Shown piece by piece: positions 10,229-20,358 of a DNA stretch of 64,000 nucleotides. This DNA is from an uncultured archaeon. GTDB taxonomy: Archaea > Asgardarchaeota > Thorarchaeia > Thorarchaeales > Thorarchaeaceae. Every line of letters begins with the position of its first letter. Position 1 is the first letter of the stretch. The position numbers and the translations under genes are program-made. The notes beneath the pieces were generated by a model. The model was not told the DNA's origin and ran no database searches. It worked only from the letters and a program-made list of their open reading frames with translations. Location: the NCBI GenBank assembly GCA_964558645.1, contig CAZLEV010000006.1, positions 32,001-96,000 of the forward strand. The letters are read 5' to 3'.

Positions 10229-12172
10229 CTATGCGAGATAGGTGGGGCAAGGCCAGTTGTCGCACTCTAGGCAATGAGAACACTTCTCGTTATTGATAGT
10301 CACTTTTCCGTCCACAAGATGAAGGGCATTGTGCTCACATTGGGAGATACAAGAACCGCACCCCTGACAGAGAATAGCGCGTTTCACTGCACGTTCAACC
10401 TGTCTACCTAGCAAAGTAATCTCTTCCTCGTTTCTTCCTCGAATGATTAAGGAGCCAGAGCTAAACAGGTTGATGCTATTCTCCCCACGCTTAATCCTGA
10501 GCGCACCAATTTCGTCCCAGTAGACAGTCTTGCCAAATATAGATAACACCTCAGAAAGACGGTTCAGATCTAGTCCAGACGAGAACTGTCCTTCAATCGA
10601 ATAACCGGCTGACACACATGGCGATACCCCCTTCACAATACTCAAGGAGAGGGAGTCACTTGGGGAAGGTCTGTTCTCAGATATCGGGAGGTCAAGTTTC
10701 TCAATTAGACTCATCTGTCCTGATGGCAGTTTTTTCCATCTCCAGAAGCCCATCTCAGCCCATTCCTTTGGAAAGCCATATTCCTCAGCCCAACGCATTA
10801 AGGCATTCATCCAGCGTTCATACAGCACGGGATGACTATGCTCGAGCTGTTGGATTTCGGCGAGAGGAGAAGAAGGACAGAGGTAGCAGCCCATTCTCTG
10901 ATAACCTTCATTATACAGAGGATTGAACTCTGCTTTCTCCCGAAATATGTAGAGCCATACTTCTAGAGCATTCCAGTCTTGGATTGGGTTTGCAGATATC
11001 TGTCCAGGTACCCAGGGATTGGATGAGACTCTGGGTTCTATTGAGCGGTTGAAGGACTCCAGCTTGCGTTGTCCCATGAAGGCCAGTGTATCGCTACCGA
11101 GCTTCTCTGCTATCGCAGTTGCTGCAGGACCTAACTTTAGCACTTTACAGCACCAACGGAAGTCTCGTGCCGGAGGACCGAATATTTCAAGGGAGTCCCA
11201 GAATCGATCAGCTGCATCCGAACTTATCAGGTCTGCGTCCCTTCCAGCTGCAAATCGTTCAATGTAGTCCACAGTTTCAGGTAACTCTAGCCCCGTATTC
11301 AGAAAGAAGATAGGGGGTGACCTCCCGAGAGCCTTCTCTACCAAGAGGTACGTGACCAGTGAGTCCTTGCCACCACTAAAGCCCACTGATATTGGAAGAT
11401 TCTTCTCTTCAGAAACATGACGTATGAACGAAATGGATTCGTTTTCAATCCGCTCAAGATTTCCACTATTGGACTTGATTGCTTCGTCCCACGAAGACGC
11501 CTTGGTGTTGACCTTGGGAGGTGTGGGTTCGGAGAACTCACGTATCTTGATTGCATAGCCCTTTTCCTCTTTCCCCATGGCCTCACCATTCATACGGGCA
11601 ATGCCCACCCCAATGACCAGACCATCATAGTCAATAAGCCACACTTCGGCTCCCTCTTCGATTTCAGCATCGCACCCAGCAATTCCGGGCAACATAAGAT
11701 TGGCACCTTTTCGAAGAAAGGGTATCGCATCTTGATGTACTGATATCCAATTCTTCTTGCTGTGTTGACTTACTCTGCGGCCGCCCTCGGGCGTGAGTAG
11801 AAATGTGTAACCCATCGTCGCGATATCGAATCTGAGTCGTCCAATTATGTAACCGTCCACGATAATCTCGTACATAGCATCGAGAGCACCGACTTTGTTT
11901 ATCACAACCGTTTTATTGCTCGGGACAGTCTTCTCCCCAACCCCCTCTCCGTATTGCTTATCGAGAGTGGCTCTTATCGATTGGATGTGCCCTTCCATGG
12001 CAGGATAGGGATCACCTGGTGGAGTTATCTGGACTTTCTTTGGGCTCTCTCCACAGACCGAACAAGGGTTGGCTTCAACTAGTGGAACATTGCATGTGTC
12101 ACACCAGAATAGCCGTATGCGCGTTAGGTACGGTGCATGCCCTCTACGAAACCTTCTGCTTCTCTTAGCCAG
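10229..12172 (-). CDS. PAPS-reductase-family PP-loop protein with N-terminal Zn ribbon, PUA domain and C-terminal ferredoxin
   Basis: SGGKDS, RWCCKVLK, RMGCYLCP, PUA (GANLMLPGI), two CxxCxxC clusters. The frame stays open upstream of ATG 11998 to CTG 12172 and encodes WCDTCNVP...CSVCG. Confidence 0.85.
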   Translation of the reverse strand: MAKRSRRFRRGHAPYLTRIRLFWCDTCNVPLVEANPCSVCGESPKKVQITPPGDPYPAMEGHIQSIRATLDKQYGEGVGEKTVPSNKTVVINKVGALDAMYEIIVDGYIIGRLRFDIATMGYTFLLTPEGGRRVSQHSKKNWISVHQDAIPFLRKGANLMLPGIAGCDAEIEEGAEVWLIDYDGLVIGVGIARMNGEAMGKEEKGYAIKIREFSEPTPPKVNTKASSWDEAIKSNSGNLERIENESISFIRHVSEEKNLPISVGFSGGKDSLVTYLLVEKALGRSPPIFFLNTGLELPETVDYIERFAAGRDADLISSDAADRFWDSLEIFGPPARDFRWCCKVLKLGPAATAIAEKLGSDTLAFMGQRKLESFNRSIEPRVSSNPWVPGQISANPIQDWNALEVWLYIFREKAEFNPLYNEGYQRMGCYLCPSSPLAEIQQLEHSHPVLYERWMNALMRWAEEYGFPKEWAEMGFWRWKKLPSGQMSLIEKLDLPISENRPSPSDSLSLSIVKGVSPCVSAGYSIEGQFSSGLDLNRLSEVLSIFGKTVYWDEIGALRIKRGENSINLFSSGSLIIRGRNEEEITLLGRQVERAVKRAILCQGCGSCISQCEHNALHLVDGKVTINNEKCSHCLECDNWPCPTYLA

Positions 12173-12203
12173 TCAGAAACACATCTCCTCGTGTACCGTG
12201 AAC

Positions 12204-12866
12204 TCAGTCGAATCCTTCGAGAATCGTCTTTCCACGACTTGCCCCGATTCGGGTGGCTCCCGCCTCAATCATCGACTTTGCATCCTCAAAGCTGCCGATA
12301 CCTCCAGCGGCTTTGATTCCCAGACGACCTCCAACAACCTCATGCATGATTTGGATGTCAACCACTGAGGCACCTCTTGGGCCGAATCCAGTGGATGTCT
12401 TAACAAAACGAGCCCCTGCCTTCTCCGCCAGATTGCAGGCCATCCGAATCTCATTTTCGGACAGATAGCCTGTTTCAAGAATCACTTTCACAGGGTTTGC
12501 TTTTGCGGCCTCTACAACTGCTTGGATATCCTCAATCACATATCCAGTCTTTCCGGATTTGAAAGCGCCTATGTTCATTACCATGTCGATTTCGGTTGCG
12601 CCACTTCGTATTGCCACGGCGGCTTCAAACGCCTTGGCTTCCGTGGTCATTGCACCCAAGGGGAACCCAACAACACTGCAAATCTCAATGTCGCTCCCTT
12701 TCAGGGACTCAGCTGCAGTACTGACATTGCAGCTATTCACACAGATTGCTCCAAAGCCATAATCGAGAGCCTCCTTACAGATCTCGCGAATCCTCTGTTC
12801 GGTTGCATCGGGTTTGAGTTCTGTATGATCAATCATCTGAGCCAGTTTCTCTCGGGTAAGAGTCAC
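12204..12866 (-). CDS. deoC: Deoxyribose-phosphate aldolase
   Basis: IDHT.LKP, VGFPLG, EIDMV, KVILE, FVKTSTGF, KAAGGI, RIGAS motifs. Confidence 0.97.
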   Translation of the reverse strand: MTLTREKLAQMIDHTELKPDATEQRIREICKEALDYGFGAICVNSCNVSTAAESLKGSDIEICSVVGFPLGAMTTEAKAFEAAVAIRSGATEIDMVMNIGAFKSGKTGYVIEDIQAVVEAAKANPVKVILETGYLSENEIRMACNLAEKAGARFVKTSTGFGPRGASVVDIQIMHEVVGGRLGIKAAGGIGSFEDAKSMIEAGATRIGASRGKTILEGFD

Positions 12867-12944
12867 GCTATCAACTCCAGAGAGAAGGGCCGACTGCTAT
12901 ATTATTAACCCCTTCGAATGGTGAGTTTTCCCAAAGGAATAGAA

Positions 12945-13280
12945 TCAGGGTCCACCAAGATAGCTCCGAATATCATCAAGGACTTCCTTTTGAAGCCGGA
13001 TTACGTCATGAACTTCAATCTCTTCGGCATCCTTCACGACAGAACTCAGTTGCACAACAGTACCGACAGCTTCTACCTTAGCGAAATCGACTGGAAACTC
13101 AACTTCTGCGCCTTTGACAATGAGCTCAGATCGTGTAGGATGAAGCCCGATACGGATACTTCGTACGATTCCTATTCGACGAGCTCGGCTGTCCAGTACC
13201 TCTTTTCCCAGTAGCCGTCCAGGCATGCTGAGTTCGTACAACTCGGCCTCGATGTTCGGCATTGCCTCCTTCGTAGTCAT
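12945..13280 (-). CDS. PRC-barrel domain protein
   Basis: LLGKEVLD...IG.V..I...P.....AVG.VV pattern. Confidence 0.75.
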   Translation of the reverse strand: MTTKEAMPNIEAELYELSMPGRLLGKEVLDSRARRIGIVRSIRIGLHPTRSELIVKGAEVEFPVDFAKVEAVGTVVQLSSVVKDAEEIEVHDVIRLQKEVLDDIRSYLGGP

Positions 13281-13475
13281 TCCAGATGGGCTCCTATGTT
13301 TCTAAGCCTGACTCGCAAAGCAGGCTTTAAACAGTGAGTATTATCATGTCTTCGTGGATGTGCTGTGCCACTACAAGAATCAAACGAACTGAAACGTTAT
13401 CCAGTAGGAGGCTTTAAACAGACAGGCTAACTCGTTGATAGTGTACACCCATTTCCTAATCCAGAGGCTGGTCGA

Positions 13476-15791
13476 TTGAGCGGAACTGAGTCCTTCGTCA
13501 GGACTGAACTAATCAGGGAGGGCAGCATAGAATATCGTACATACCAAATGAGCCTAGCTGACATAGCTTCCAAGAAGAGTTCGCTCATAGTCTTAAGCAC
13601 CGGTCTCGGAAAGACCATCATTGCAGCGCTTGTTGCTGCCAAGAGGCTCTCGGAACACGAAGGCTCGAAAGTGGTCTTTCTGGCCCCCTCCAGACCGCTG
13701 GTGGACCAACAGACAAGATTTCTGAGACGAGTAATTGATATTGACTCTGCCAGTATTGTATGCCTAACAGGTCAAGATTCCCCCGATGAGAGAGCCGCCA
13801 CATGGAGAGACGCACAGATCATTGCTATGACACCGCAAGCCCTCCAGAATGACTTGATACAGAGAAGCTACAATCTTGAAGATGTGTCGCTGATAGTATA
13901 CGACGAGGCTCATAGGGGAGTCGGAAACTATGCGTACACCTTCGTTGCAGAGCTTTACGAGATGCAGGGGAAGAACAGACTCTCTCTGGGGTTGACAGCC
14001 TCACCAGGTCACAGGACAGAAGACATCCGGACCGTATGCGAGAACCTACGACTGGATCACGTAGAGGTAAGAAGTGAAACAAGTCCTGATGTGAAGCAGT
14101 ATATTGTGTCGATAGACAGAGACATTCGCTATCTCCATCTTCCATCCGAAGTAGAGGTATTGCGAGATATCCTGTATGAGCTACTAGAAGAATACGCACG
14201 TCCTGTGCGAAACTATGGGTTTTCACTGCCCGATAGTAGACGTATGAGTCGAAGAGACATTCTAAAGACACAGGGCCAAGTGAGAAGAGAGATTGGCTCA
14301 TATACGAAACCGCCCAGTCATCTCTTTCTCCTTATCAGAAATCTCACTGCAGCCATTCGGATTGTGTATCTTCTGGAGTTCATAGGAACTCAAGGTCTTG
14401 CACCAACACACAGATACATTCAAGGTATGTACGAGGAGGTTAGGAATAAGAAGAGCTCTAAAGGGGTCAAGGACCTCATGTCTCGCAGCGAGTTCAAGCA
14501 GTTTGAGAACCTTCTACAAGCACTGATTGAAAAAGGATACAGACATCCAAAGGCAGATGCCATACTTGAGATTGTAAGCGAACAGCTTTCATTCGACAAG
14601 GACTCTAGAATTCTTATATTCACGAGATTCAGGGACACAGCGGCAGAAGTGGTTGAAGTCCTTGAACAGCTTGATGATGTTCGTGTTAGCAGATTTGTGG
14701 GGCAGAGCTCGAGAGGCTTAGACAAAGGATTCACTCAGAAGAAACAAGTTGAGATTCTAGACGGCTTTCGAAACAACGAGTTCAATGTACTGGTCGCGAC
14801 ACAAGTAGGAGAGGAGGGACTTGACATTCCTGAGTGTAACCTTGTAGTTTTTTATGACTGCGTTCCGTCCATAGTGCCCTATATTCAACGCAGAGGAAGG
14901 ACCGGAAGAAGAGTTCCAGGACGCGTAGTGATATTTGTGGCAAAGGGAACCCATGATGAATACTATCACTGGAGTGTGGTGAGCAAGCTGAAGAAGATGC
15001 CAGAGGCGCTCAAGGAAACGGAGGACGGCGGAGAGAGCTTACAGACCAATCTCGAAGAGTATGTCTTGAAGGAAACAGGCGAAGACCCGCCAGAGATCAG
15101 GATACCAAAGGTGCACACGAAGGATGAACGAGTCCGTTTGATCGTAGATTCGCGGGAGCTTCCTACTGCAGTCCCCCGAGAGTTGACACGACTAGGTGTC
15201 GAGATATCAGGAGAATCACTGCAGATTGGCGACTACATAGCGTCCGAAGAAGTTGGAATCGAGAGAAAAGAGAGTGGAGATTTCCTTCAGTCTCTTATCG
15301 ATGGTAGACTGTTCTCGCAACTGAACTCGCTTCGTTCCGCCTATAGAAGAGCTGTTTTGATTATAGAAGGAGAACAACTAACGGGTCAGAGAGCAATAAA
15401 TCCTGCATCTATATACGGTGCTCTTGCATCAATTGCCATTCGAATTCAAGTACCCATCATCTGGACGAAAGACGCGGAGCAAACTGCCCAGGTATTATAC
15501 AGGATTGCCAGAATGGAACAGATTGACGAGAATAGGTCATTGCGTACACGCACAGGTGACGCCAAGAGCTCGGATGCAGAAACACTCGAGTACATTCTCT
15601 CAGGGTTCCCTTTTGTTGATACTGTCACGTCACGGGCCATCTTCGAGAGATTTGGCACGCTTGAACGCATATTCAGTGCCTCAGAGAAAGAGCTCAAGAT
15701 AGTGAAGGGTGTTGGACCTAAGATTGCTGGAAGAATGAAGCGACTGTTGGGTACGATTCATCCCATGTACAAGAAATCGGAAGAAGACTAG
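13476..15791 (+). CDS. hef: Hef (FANCM/XPF-like) helicase-nuclease
   Basis: TGLGKT, DEAH, QRRGRTGR helicase motifs; ERCC4 nuclease GDY...ERK...D; HhH VKGVGPK. Confidence 0.95.
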   Translation: MSGTESFVRTELIREGSIEYRTYQMSLADIASKKSSLIVLSTGLGKTIIAALVAAKRLSEHEGSKVVFLAPSRPLVDQQTRFLRRVIDIDSASIVCLTGQDSPDERAATWRDAQIIAMTPQALQNDLIQRSYNLEDVSLIVYDEAHRGVGNYAYTFVAELYEMQGKNRLSLGLTASPGHRTEDIRTVCENLRLDHVEVRSETSPDVKQYIVSIDRDIRYLHLPSEVEVLRDILYELLEEYARPVRNYGFSLPDSRRMSRRDILKTQGQVRREIGSYTKPPSHLFLLIRNLTAAIRIVYLLEFIGTQGLAPTHRYIQGMYEEVRNKKSSKGVKDLMSRSEFKQFENLLQALIEKGYRHPKADAILEIVSEQLSFDKDSRILIFTRFRDTAAEVVEVLEQLDDVRVSRFVGQSSRGLDKGFTQKKQVEILDGFRNNEFNVLVATQVGEEGLDIPECNLVVFYDCVPSIVPYIQRRGRTGRRVPGRVVIFVAKGTHDEYYHWSVVSKLKKMPEALKETEDGGESLQTNLEEYVLKETGEDPPEIRIPKVHTKDERVRLIVDSRELPTAVPRELTRLGVEISGESLQIGDYIASEEVGIERKESGDFLQSLIDGRLFSQLNSLRSAYRRAVLIIEGEQLTGQRAINPASIYGALASIAIRIQVPIIWTKDAEQTAQVLYRIARMEQIDENRSLRTRTGDAKSSDAETLEYILSGFPFVDTVTSRAIFERFGTLERIFSASEKELKIVKGVGPKIAGRMKRLLGTIHPMYKKSEED

Positions 15792-16543
15792 TACACCTTG
15801 GGGTTTCGTCCTTTGCCCTCTCGAAAGGCCTTTCTGAAGAAGTCAGTGACTTGGCGACTTACCGTCCAATATCGTTCGTAGTCGGGATCATCGAGGTAAA
15901 GAATGCTCAGAATTCTTCTTAGAGCGATATATACCTCTGGATCGATTGCCGATACTTGTTCTAGTGTTTCCTCTGCGCTCTTACGGCCCTTCCTCCAGAG
16001 AGAATCCCATTCAATGAACTGATCTACTATCCTCCTGAGAGTCTCCTCATCTGGAATGGCAAAGCCAAGAGTCCTCATGACCTCAATGATGTCTAGTGAG
16101 GTACTGATATCCGCTGTAGGACGTTCAGGCAATGCTGCCAAGTTTCCAGTGGCAAGGAATATGTTCTCTGCCGTTGCGCGCCAAAGCTTCTTGAGAATGT
16201 GAGTGTCCCCATTTCCTGCAGGTTCGTATCCATCCTGTTTGACAAGCCCACTCCGCTCCAGCTCCTTCAGGTGATAGCGCACTGTCTGGGGCTTAATGGT
16301 ATTGTCTGGATCCTTCTTGGCAAGGAAATCTACTAGTTCGGATGTTGACATACGTCTTGCCTTGAGTGCGTACAGTATACGACGGCGACTCTCATCATTC
16401 AATGCATGGACTGCTGCAACGGCCTCTTCACCGGTGAGTATCTTCAGGGTGTCCATGTTCTTGTCTCCGAGGTCTTGAGTCAGGGCTCGTGACAGTGCTG
16501 CCAGCCCTGATGTCTCTTCGTCAGTATCTAACCCTACCCCCAA
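15788..16543 (-). CDS. ArsR-type winged-helix transcriptional regulator
   Basis: AL.DESRRRIL..L....S..EL...QTVRYHLKELE.SGLV. Confidence 0.8.
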   Translation of the reverse strand: MGVGLDTDEETSGLAALSRALTQDLGDKNMDTLKILTGEEAVAAVHALNDESRRRILYALKARRMSTSELVDFLAKKDPDNTIKPQTVRYHLKELERSGLVKQDGYEPAGNGDTHILKKLWRATAENIFLATGNLAALPERPTADISTSLDIIEVMRTLGFAIPDEETLRRIVDQFIEWDSLWRKGRKSAEETLEQVSAIDPEVYIALRRILSILYLDDPDYERYWTVSRQVTDFFRKAFREGKGRNPKVY

Positions 16544-16593
16544 CAGAATCGCGCCCTATTAGAGTGTCATGATTCGTGAACATAGACATAGGT

Positions 16594-16905
16594 CTATGCC
16601 GGAACGTAAATCCACTGGCGCATATCTTGTAGGCAGGGTACTCTCTTGATTAGTCTCTTCTTCAACAGTTTCCGAAGAGCGTATCTGACAGTTCGTGGTG
16701 CAAAAGAAACCTTATCCAATAGCTGCTTTGGAGTGACTCCATCTTTGCCGCTGCTTCTAAGGATGTCGAGCACTATCATCTGACTCTTTGTAAGCTTGAT
16801 ATCTTTCAGTTCTTCTTGAAGTTCTTTATCGGTCATCATTTTTCGTTTCGTTCTCCTATTGTAACTTGATCCCGATAGCCTGACGCGGGATGCCTGTTTC
16901 AGCAT
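16594..16905 (-). CDS. Small MarR-like winged-helix regulator (start probably near 16839)
   Basis: LTKSQ..VL.IL...T.KQL......RTVRYAL.KL...LI...L.D.RQ..Y. Confidence 0.8.
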   Translation of the reverse strand: MLKQASRVRLSGSSYNRRTKRKMMTDKELQEELKDIKLTKSQMIVLDILRSSGKDGVTPKQLLDKVSFAPRTVRYALRKLLKKRLIKRVPCLQDMRQWIYVPA

Positions 16906-16945
16906 CGCGTCACACCATATATCATTAACATCACATTTATGTTTA

Positions 16946-16992
16946 TTAAGTTATCGCAGCTCAGAGTAACTTAACGCGGTGTTAGACCGCGT
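16946..16992. promoter_or_regulatory. Two adjacent inverted repeats in a divergent promoter (candidate operators)
   Basis: TTAAGTTA-N13-TAACTTAA (16946-16974) and ACGCGGT-N5-ACCGCGT (16974-16992). Confidence 0.45.
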
Positions 16993-17107
16993 ATTTCAAC
17001 GTTTGTTTAAATAAAACTTAGTCCAAGTATTCTGATGGTTACGACCTGTAACTAGCAAGGCGCCAAATGCTTTAATCACACCATGATACATCACCAGATG
17101 ACTCACG

Positions 17108-18382
17108 ATGAAAGCAGCCGTACTAGCCGCTGGCGATTCTACACGGATGAAACCCTTGTCGGCATATAGACCAAAGCACCTGCTCCCCATTGCCGGAAAG
17201 CCCCTCATACACCACACTCTGCACTCATTGGCACAAGCAGGCATACAAGAAACTCTGATCATATATGGTTACAGGGGGATGGAGCTAAAACAGAATATTG
17301 ACTCACATGACTGGGGAGAAATGAGTATCTCGTATGTGGAGCAAGAAGAGAGGAAAGGCACGGCACATGCGGCGTCCTATGCGCGAGACTTTGCAGGTGA
17401 CGACAACGTATTACTCATGAACGGAGATGTTCTTGTTGGCTCTGGGTCGTTTCGAACGCTAATAGAGCATCATGACAAGACTGATGCAGAAGTGACTCTG
17501 TCTGTTGCATCGATGGAAGACCCCACACCATATGGAATTGTGGTAGAGGAAGATGGACACGCTCTTGATATTATTGAGAAACCATCTAGAGATCAACTGG
17601 TGAGTAATCTAGTCAATGTGGGAATCTACGTTGCTGGGCCAGCGCTATGGGATGCAATTGAGAAGACTGGCCTCTCCAGCCGGGGCGAATACGAAATCAC
17701 CGATTCTATCAGGACCTTAATTGAAGCAGGAGGCGTTACTGTATGCAAGCTGTCAACTTGGTGGAAAGACATCGGTAAGCCTTGGGACTTGCTGACGGCA
17801 AACGAGCTCGTTCTGAAAGAGGTCGCGGGAAGAACAGACGGAGATATCGAGAAAGGAGCAGTTGTTCGTGGTGAGGTAGTCATTGAGGAGGGAGCAATAG
17901 TTAGAGCAGGGGCATATATCACGGGGCCCTCGTATATTTCGAGCGGGTGTGTAGTGGGCCCTAACTGCTACATTCGTCCTCATACTTACTTGGGCCACAG
18001 AGTGAAAGTTGGCAACGCCGTAGAGGTCAAGAATTCGGTCATAATGGAGAACTCGAGTATAGGACACTTGTCATATGTTGGCGACTCAGTAATAGGTAGA
18101 AATGTAAACTTTGGAGCCGGAACTATCACCGCCAATCTCAGGCATGATGACCAGTCTGTCTGGGTAACTGTAAAGGAGAAGCGCACTGACTCTGGACGGC
18201 GGAAGCTTGGGGCCATTATTGGTGACAACGTCAAGACCGGAATAGGGACGTTGTTGTCCCCCGGAGTTGTCTTGAACGAGGACTCGCAAACAGGCATGGG
18301 TGTTATCGTGAATCAGGATGTTGGTGCCGGAGAGTTGTTGATTGTCGAACAGCCCAGACGTAGGTTGAAGAGAGAACAGTGA
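17108..18382 (+). CDS. glmU: Bifunctional sugar-1-phosphate nucleotidyl/acetyltransferase (archaeal GlmU-type)
   Basis: LAAG..TRM.P...PK.LLP, RGEYEITD, hexapeptide repeats, HLSYVGDS, NFGAGT..ANLR.D, RKLGA..GD. Confidence 0.9.
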   Translation: MKAAVLAAGDSTRMKPLSAYRPKHLLPIAGKPLIHHTLHSLAQAGIQETLIIYGYRGMELKQNIDSHDWGEMSISYVEQEERKGTAHAASYARDFAGDDNVLLMNGDVLVGSGSFRTLIEHHDKTDAEVTLSVASMEDPTPYGIVVEEDGHALDIIEKPSRDQLVSNLVNVGIYVAGPALWDAIEKTGLSSRGEYEITDSIRTLIEAGGVTVCKLSTWWKDIGKPWDLLTANELVLKEVAGRTDGDIEKGAVVRGEVVIEEGAIVRAGAYITGPSYISSGCVVGPNCYIRPHTYLGHRVKVGNAVEVKNSVIMENSSIGHLSYVGDSVIGRNVNFGAGTITANLRHDDQSVWVTVKEKRTDSGRRKLGAIIGDNVKTGIGTLLSPGVVLNEDSQTGMGVIVNQDVGAGELLIVEQPRRRLKREQ

Positions 18383-19920
18383 CCGGAGTCAATCGCGCCA
18401 TGGAGAAGTTACAGGAATACAATGTGTACCAAAAAGACATGAGAAACGTTTCGGTGCTCTTTGGATTCTGTTATCCTTCAACCTATCGGGCGGGAATGAC
18501 AGGCCTTGCAACTCACCTCTTCTATTCGCTCCTCAATCTGAGAGAGGATACCTCCTGTGAGAGATACTTCAGATTCGATACAGAAAGTCCAGCGCAATCA
18601 GTGGAATCGGCCCGCCCTCTCCGGGACAACCATCTGGTTGGATTCTCGCTGACCTACGAAGAGGACATCTTGAATCTGGTGCAGATGCTGAGAGTCGGCG
18701 GAATTCCAGAGAGACGAGACGATCGTCGGCCTGAGGATCCAATCGTACTCCTTGGAGGACCTGTTGTCAGTGCAAATCCTGTTCCATACTCCATCATTGG
18801 CGATGCCCTGATGATCGGAGAGGGAGACATGGCTATTCATGACATCGTGAATTCGGTTCGAGACTCCAACAGTAGGAGCGACGCACTCGCTGCAATGACA
18901 TCAATAGGGGGGCTCTATCTGCCAGATATTGGGCCTCTTCTTGTTCAGAGAAGAATTCATTCAGACATAGACAACCTATTCTATCCCACAGCACAAGTGG
19001 TGCCGATGGTTGATTCGGAGTCGCAATATGAGCCGGTCTTCGGCCCATCTCTGTTGACAGAAGTGACCAGAGGGTGCGGGCATACCTGCAAGTTCTGCCT
19101 GATAGGCCATATCTGTAGACCGCGTCGTTCACGTTCTCTAAAGAGGCTTAAGGAGATTGTAGAAGCAGGCCTCGACCAGACCCCTGTTTCCAAAATTGCG
19201 CTAATCGGTTCCTCACTGGGGGATATGGCTCGACTTGAGGAATTCACAACATGGATTGTCGATAAAGGACTCGACTTGTCGGCCCCCTCACTCCGGGCAG
19301 ACTCGGTATCCGAGATTCTCTTGGATAATATGGTAAAGGGGGGGCAACGTACGCTCACTATCGCACCAGAGACTGGTTCGGAGCAGCTGCGGAACATGAT
19401 AGGCAAGGACATTACAGATGAAGATATCATGGATGCTGCAAGGCTTGCAGAGAGTGCCGGAGTCAGATTTCTCAAGCTGTATTTCATCATAGGATTGCCG
19501 GGTGAGAGTGACAAAGACGTCGCTGCCATAGCCAATTTGGTCCAAAGAATCACAAGTACAACAAGTGTGATTGTGACAGTAAGTGTGAATCCTTTTGTTC
19601 CAAAAGCAAACACTGCGTTCCAGAGGTCGCCACAGCCAGCGCTAGATGAAATACGTAGAAGATTGAAGATTGTGGATTCTGAACTAAGGAGGATACCGCG
19701 AGTGAATCTTGAAACACTCGACCCTAGGTCCGCTCGCATTCAAGCGGCTCTATCCTTGGGTGATGAATCGACAGGTGAAGTTGCCATTGCTGCATCCAAA
19801 TATGGAGGGTATTCGGGATGGCGAAGGGCGGAGAAGGAAACGGGGATCCGTTTCTTCTCCTTGGCGAGTGATGGGGATCGTCTGGAGGGTAGTCTCCCCT
19901 GGTCATTCATCCGAACCTAG
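18379..19920 (+). CDS. Radical SAM protein (COG1032-like)
   Basis: EVTRGCGHTCKFC, SLRAD, APETGS..LR, KLYFIIGLP, PFVPK..T motifs; start overlaps the glmU stop. Confidence 0.88.
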   Translation: MTGVNRAMEKLQEYNVYQKDMRNVSVLFGFCYPSTYRAGMTGLATHLFYSLLNLREDTSCERYFRFDTESPAQSVESARPLRDNHLVGFSLTYEEDILNLVQMLRVGGIPERRDDRRPEDPIVLLGGPVVSANPVPYSIIGDALMIGEGDMAIHDIVNSVRDSNSRSDALAAMTSIGGLYLPDIGPLLVQRRIHSDIDNLFYPTAQVVPMVDSESQYEPVFGPSLLTEVTRGCGHTCKFCLIGHICRPRRSRSLKRLKEIVEAGLDQTPVSKIALIGSSLGDMARLEEFTTWIVDKGLDLSAPSLRADSVSEILLDNMVKGGQRTLTIAPETGSEQLRNMIGKDITDEDIMDAARLAESAGVRFLKLYFIIGLPGESDKDVAAIANLVQRITSTTSVIVTVSVNPFVPKANTAFQRSPQPALDEIRRRLKIVDSELRRIPRVNLETLDPRSARIQAALSLGDESTGEVAIAASKYGGYSGWRRAEKETGIRFFSLASDGDRLEGSLPWSFIRT

Positions 19921-20022
19921 CGCCGGATTACCATCGGGATAGCTGTTATAAGCATCTGGGGGGAGTGTCCTTGTGAAAACGGACATTTGAACCCAATTCA
20001 AGAACTGGTGTATTGGATGCCT

Positions 20023-20358
20023 ATGAACAAAGACTTCGAAGATACATTCCCCGCATTGAGCAAGGAACTCCAGAACGGAGAAACTCAAAAGAAGAGGATA
20101 GATGGAGTGCGTCATAGTATGAAGGAAGAGGCGGATACGGATGGTGAAAAGACCTTCCTACCGGATGCCGTGGACTACATACGAAGATGTGATACCGCAT
20201 CTCAAGCTCGAGAGATCATAGACTACTTAGTCGAGCAGGGAGAGCTGTCCAGCTCTGATGCTCGAGAGATGAAGATGCAACTTAAGAGTGAGGGGCTTCG
20301 AAGTTTCGGCAGTAAGAAGGAGAAGGGACACTATCTCCGGTTCGGATTGGAAGAATAA
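20023..20358 (+). CDS. DUF2095 family protein
   Basis: F...FPAL.KEL...P..VDYIRRCDT...A.EIIDYL...GEL...GLRSFG.KK..G.Y. Confidence 0.85.
   Translation: MNKDFEDTFPALSKELQNGETQKKRIDGVRHSMKEEADTDGEKTFLPDAVDYIRRCDTASQAREIIDYLVEQGELSSSDAREMKMQLKSEGLRSFGSKKEKGHYLRFGLEE

Noticed and set aside
13322-13421. 13-bp direct repeat AGGCTTTAAACAG at 13322 and 13409
   Set aside because: Both copies are centred on the symmetric TATA element TTTAAA in a divergent promoter, and a similar element occurs near 32911. Two copies do not make a CRISPR array or att site.
18981-19739. 252-aa antisense ORF, and many similar 60-180 aa ORFs in the track
   Set aside because: They overlap well-supported genes on the opposite strand or in another frame and carry no recognisable motifs.
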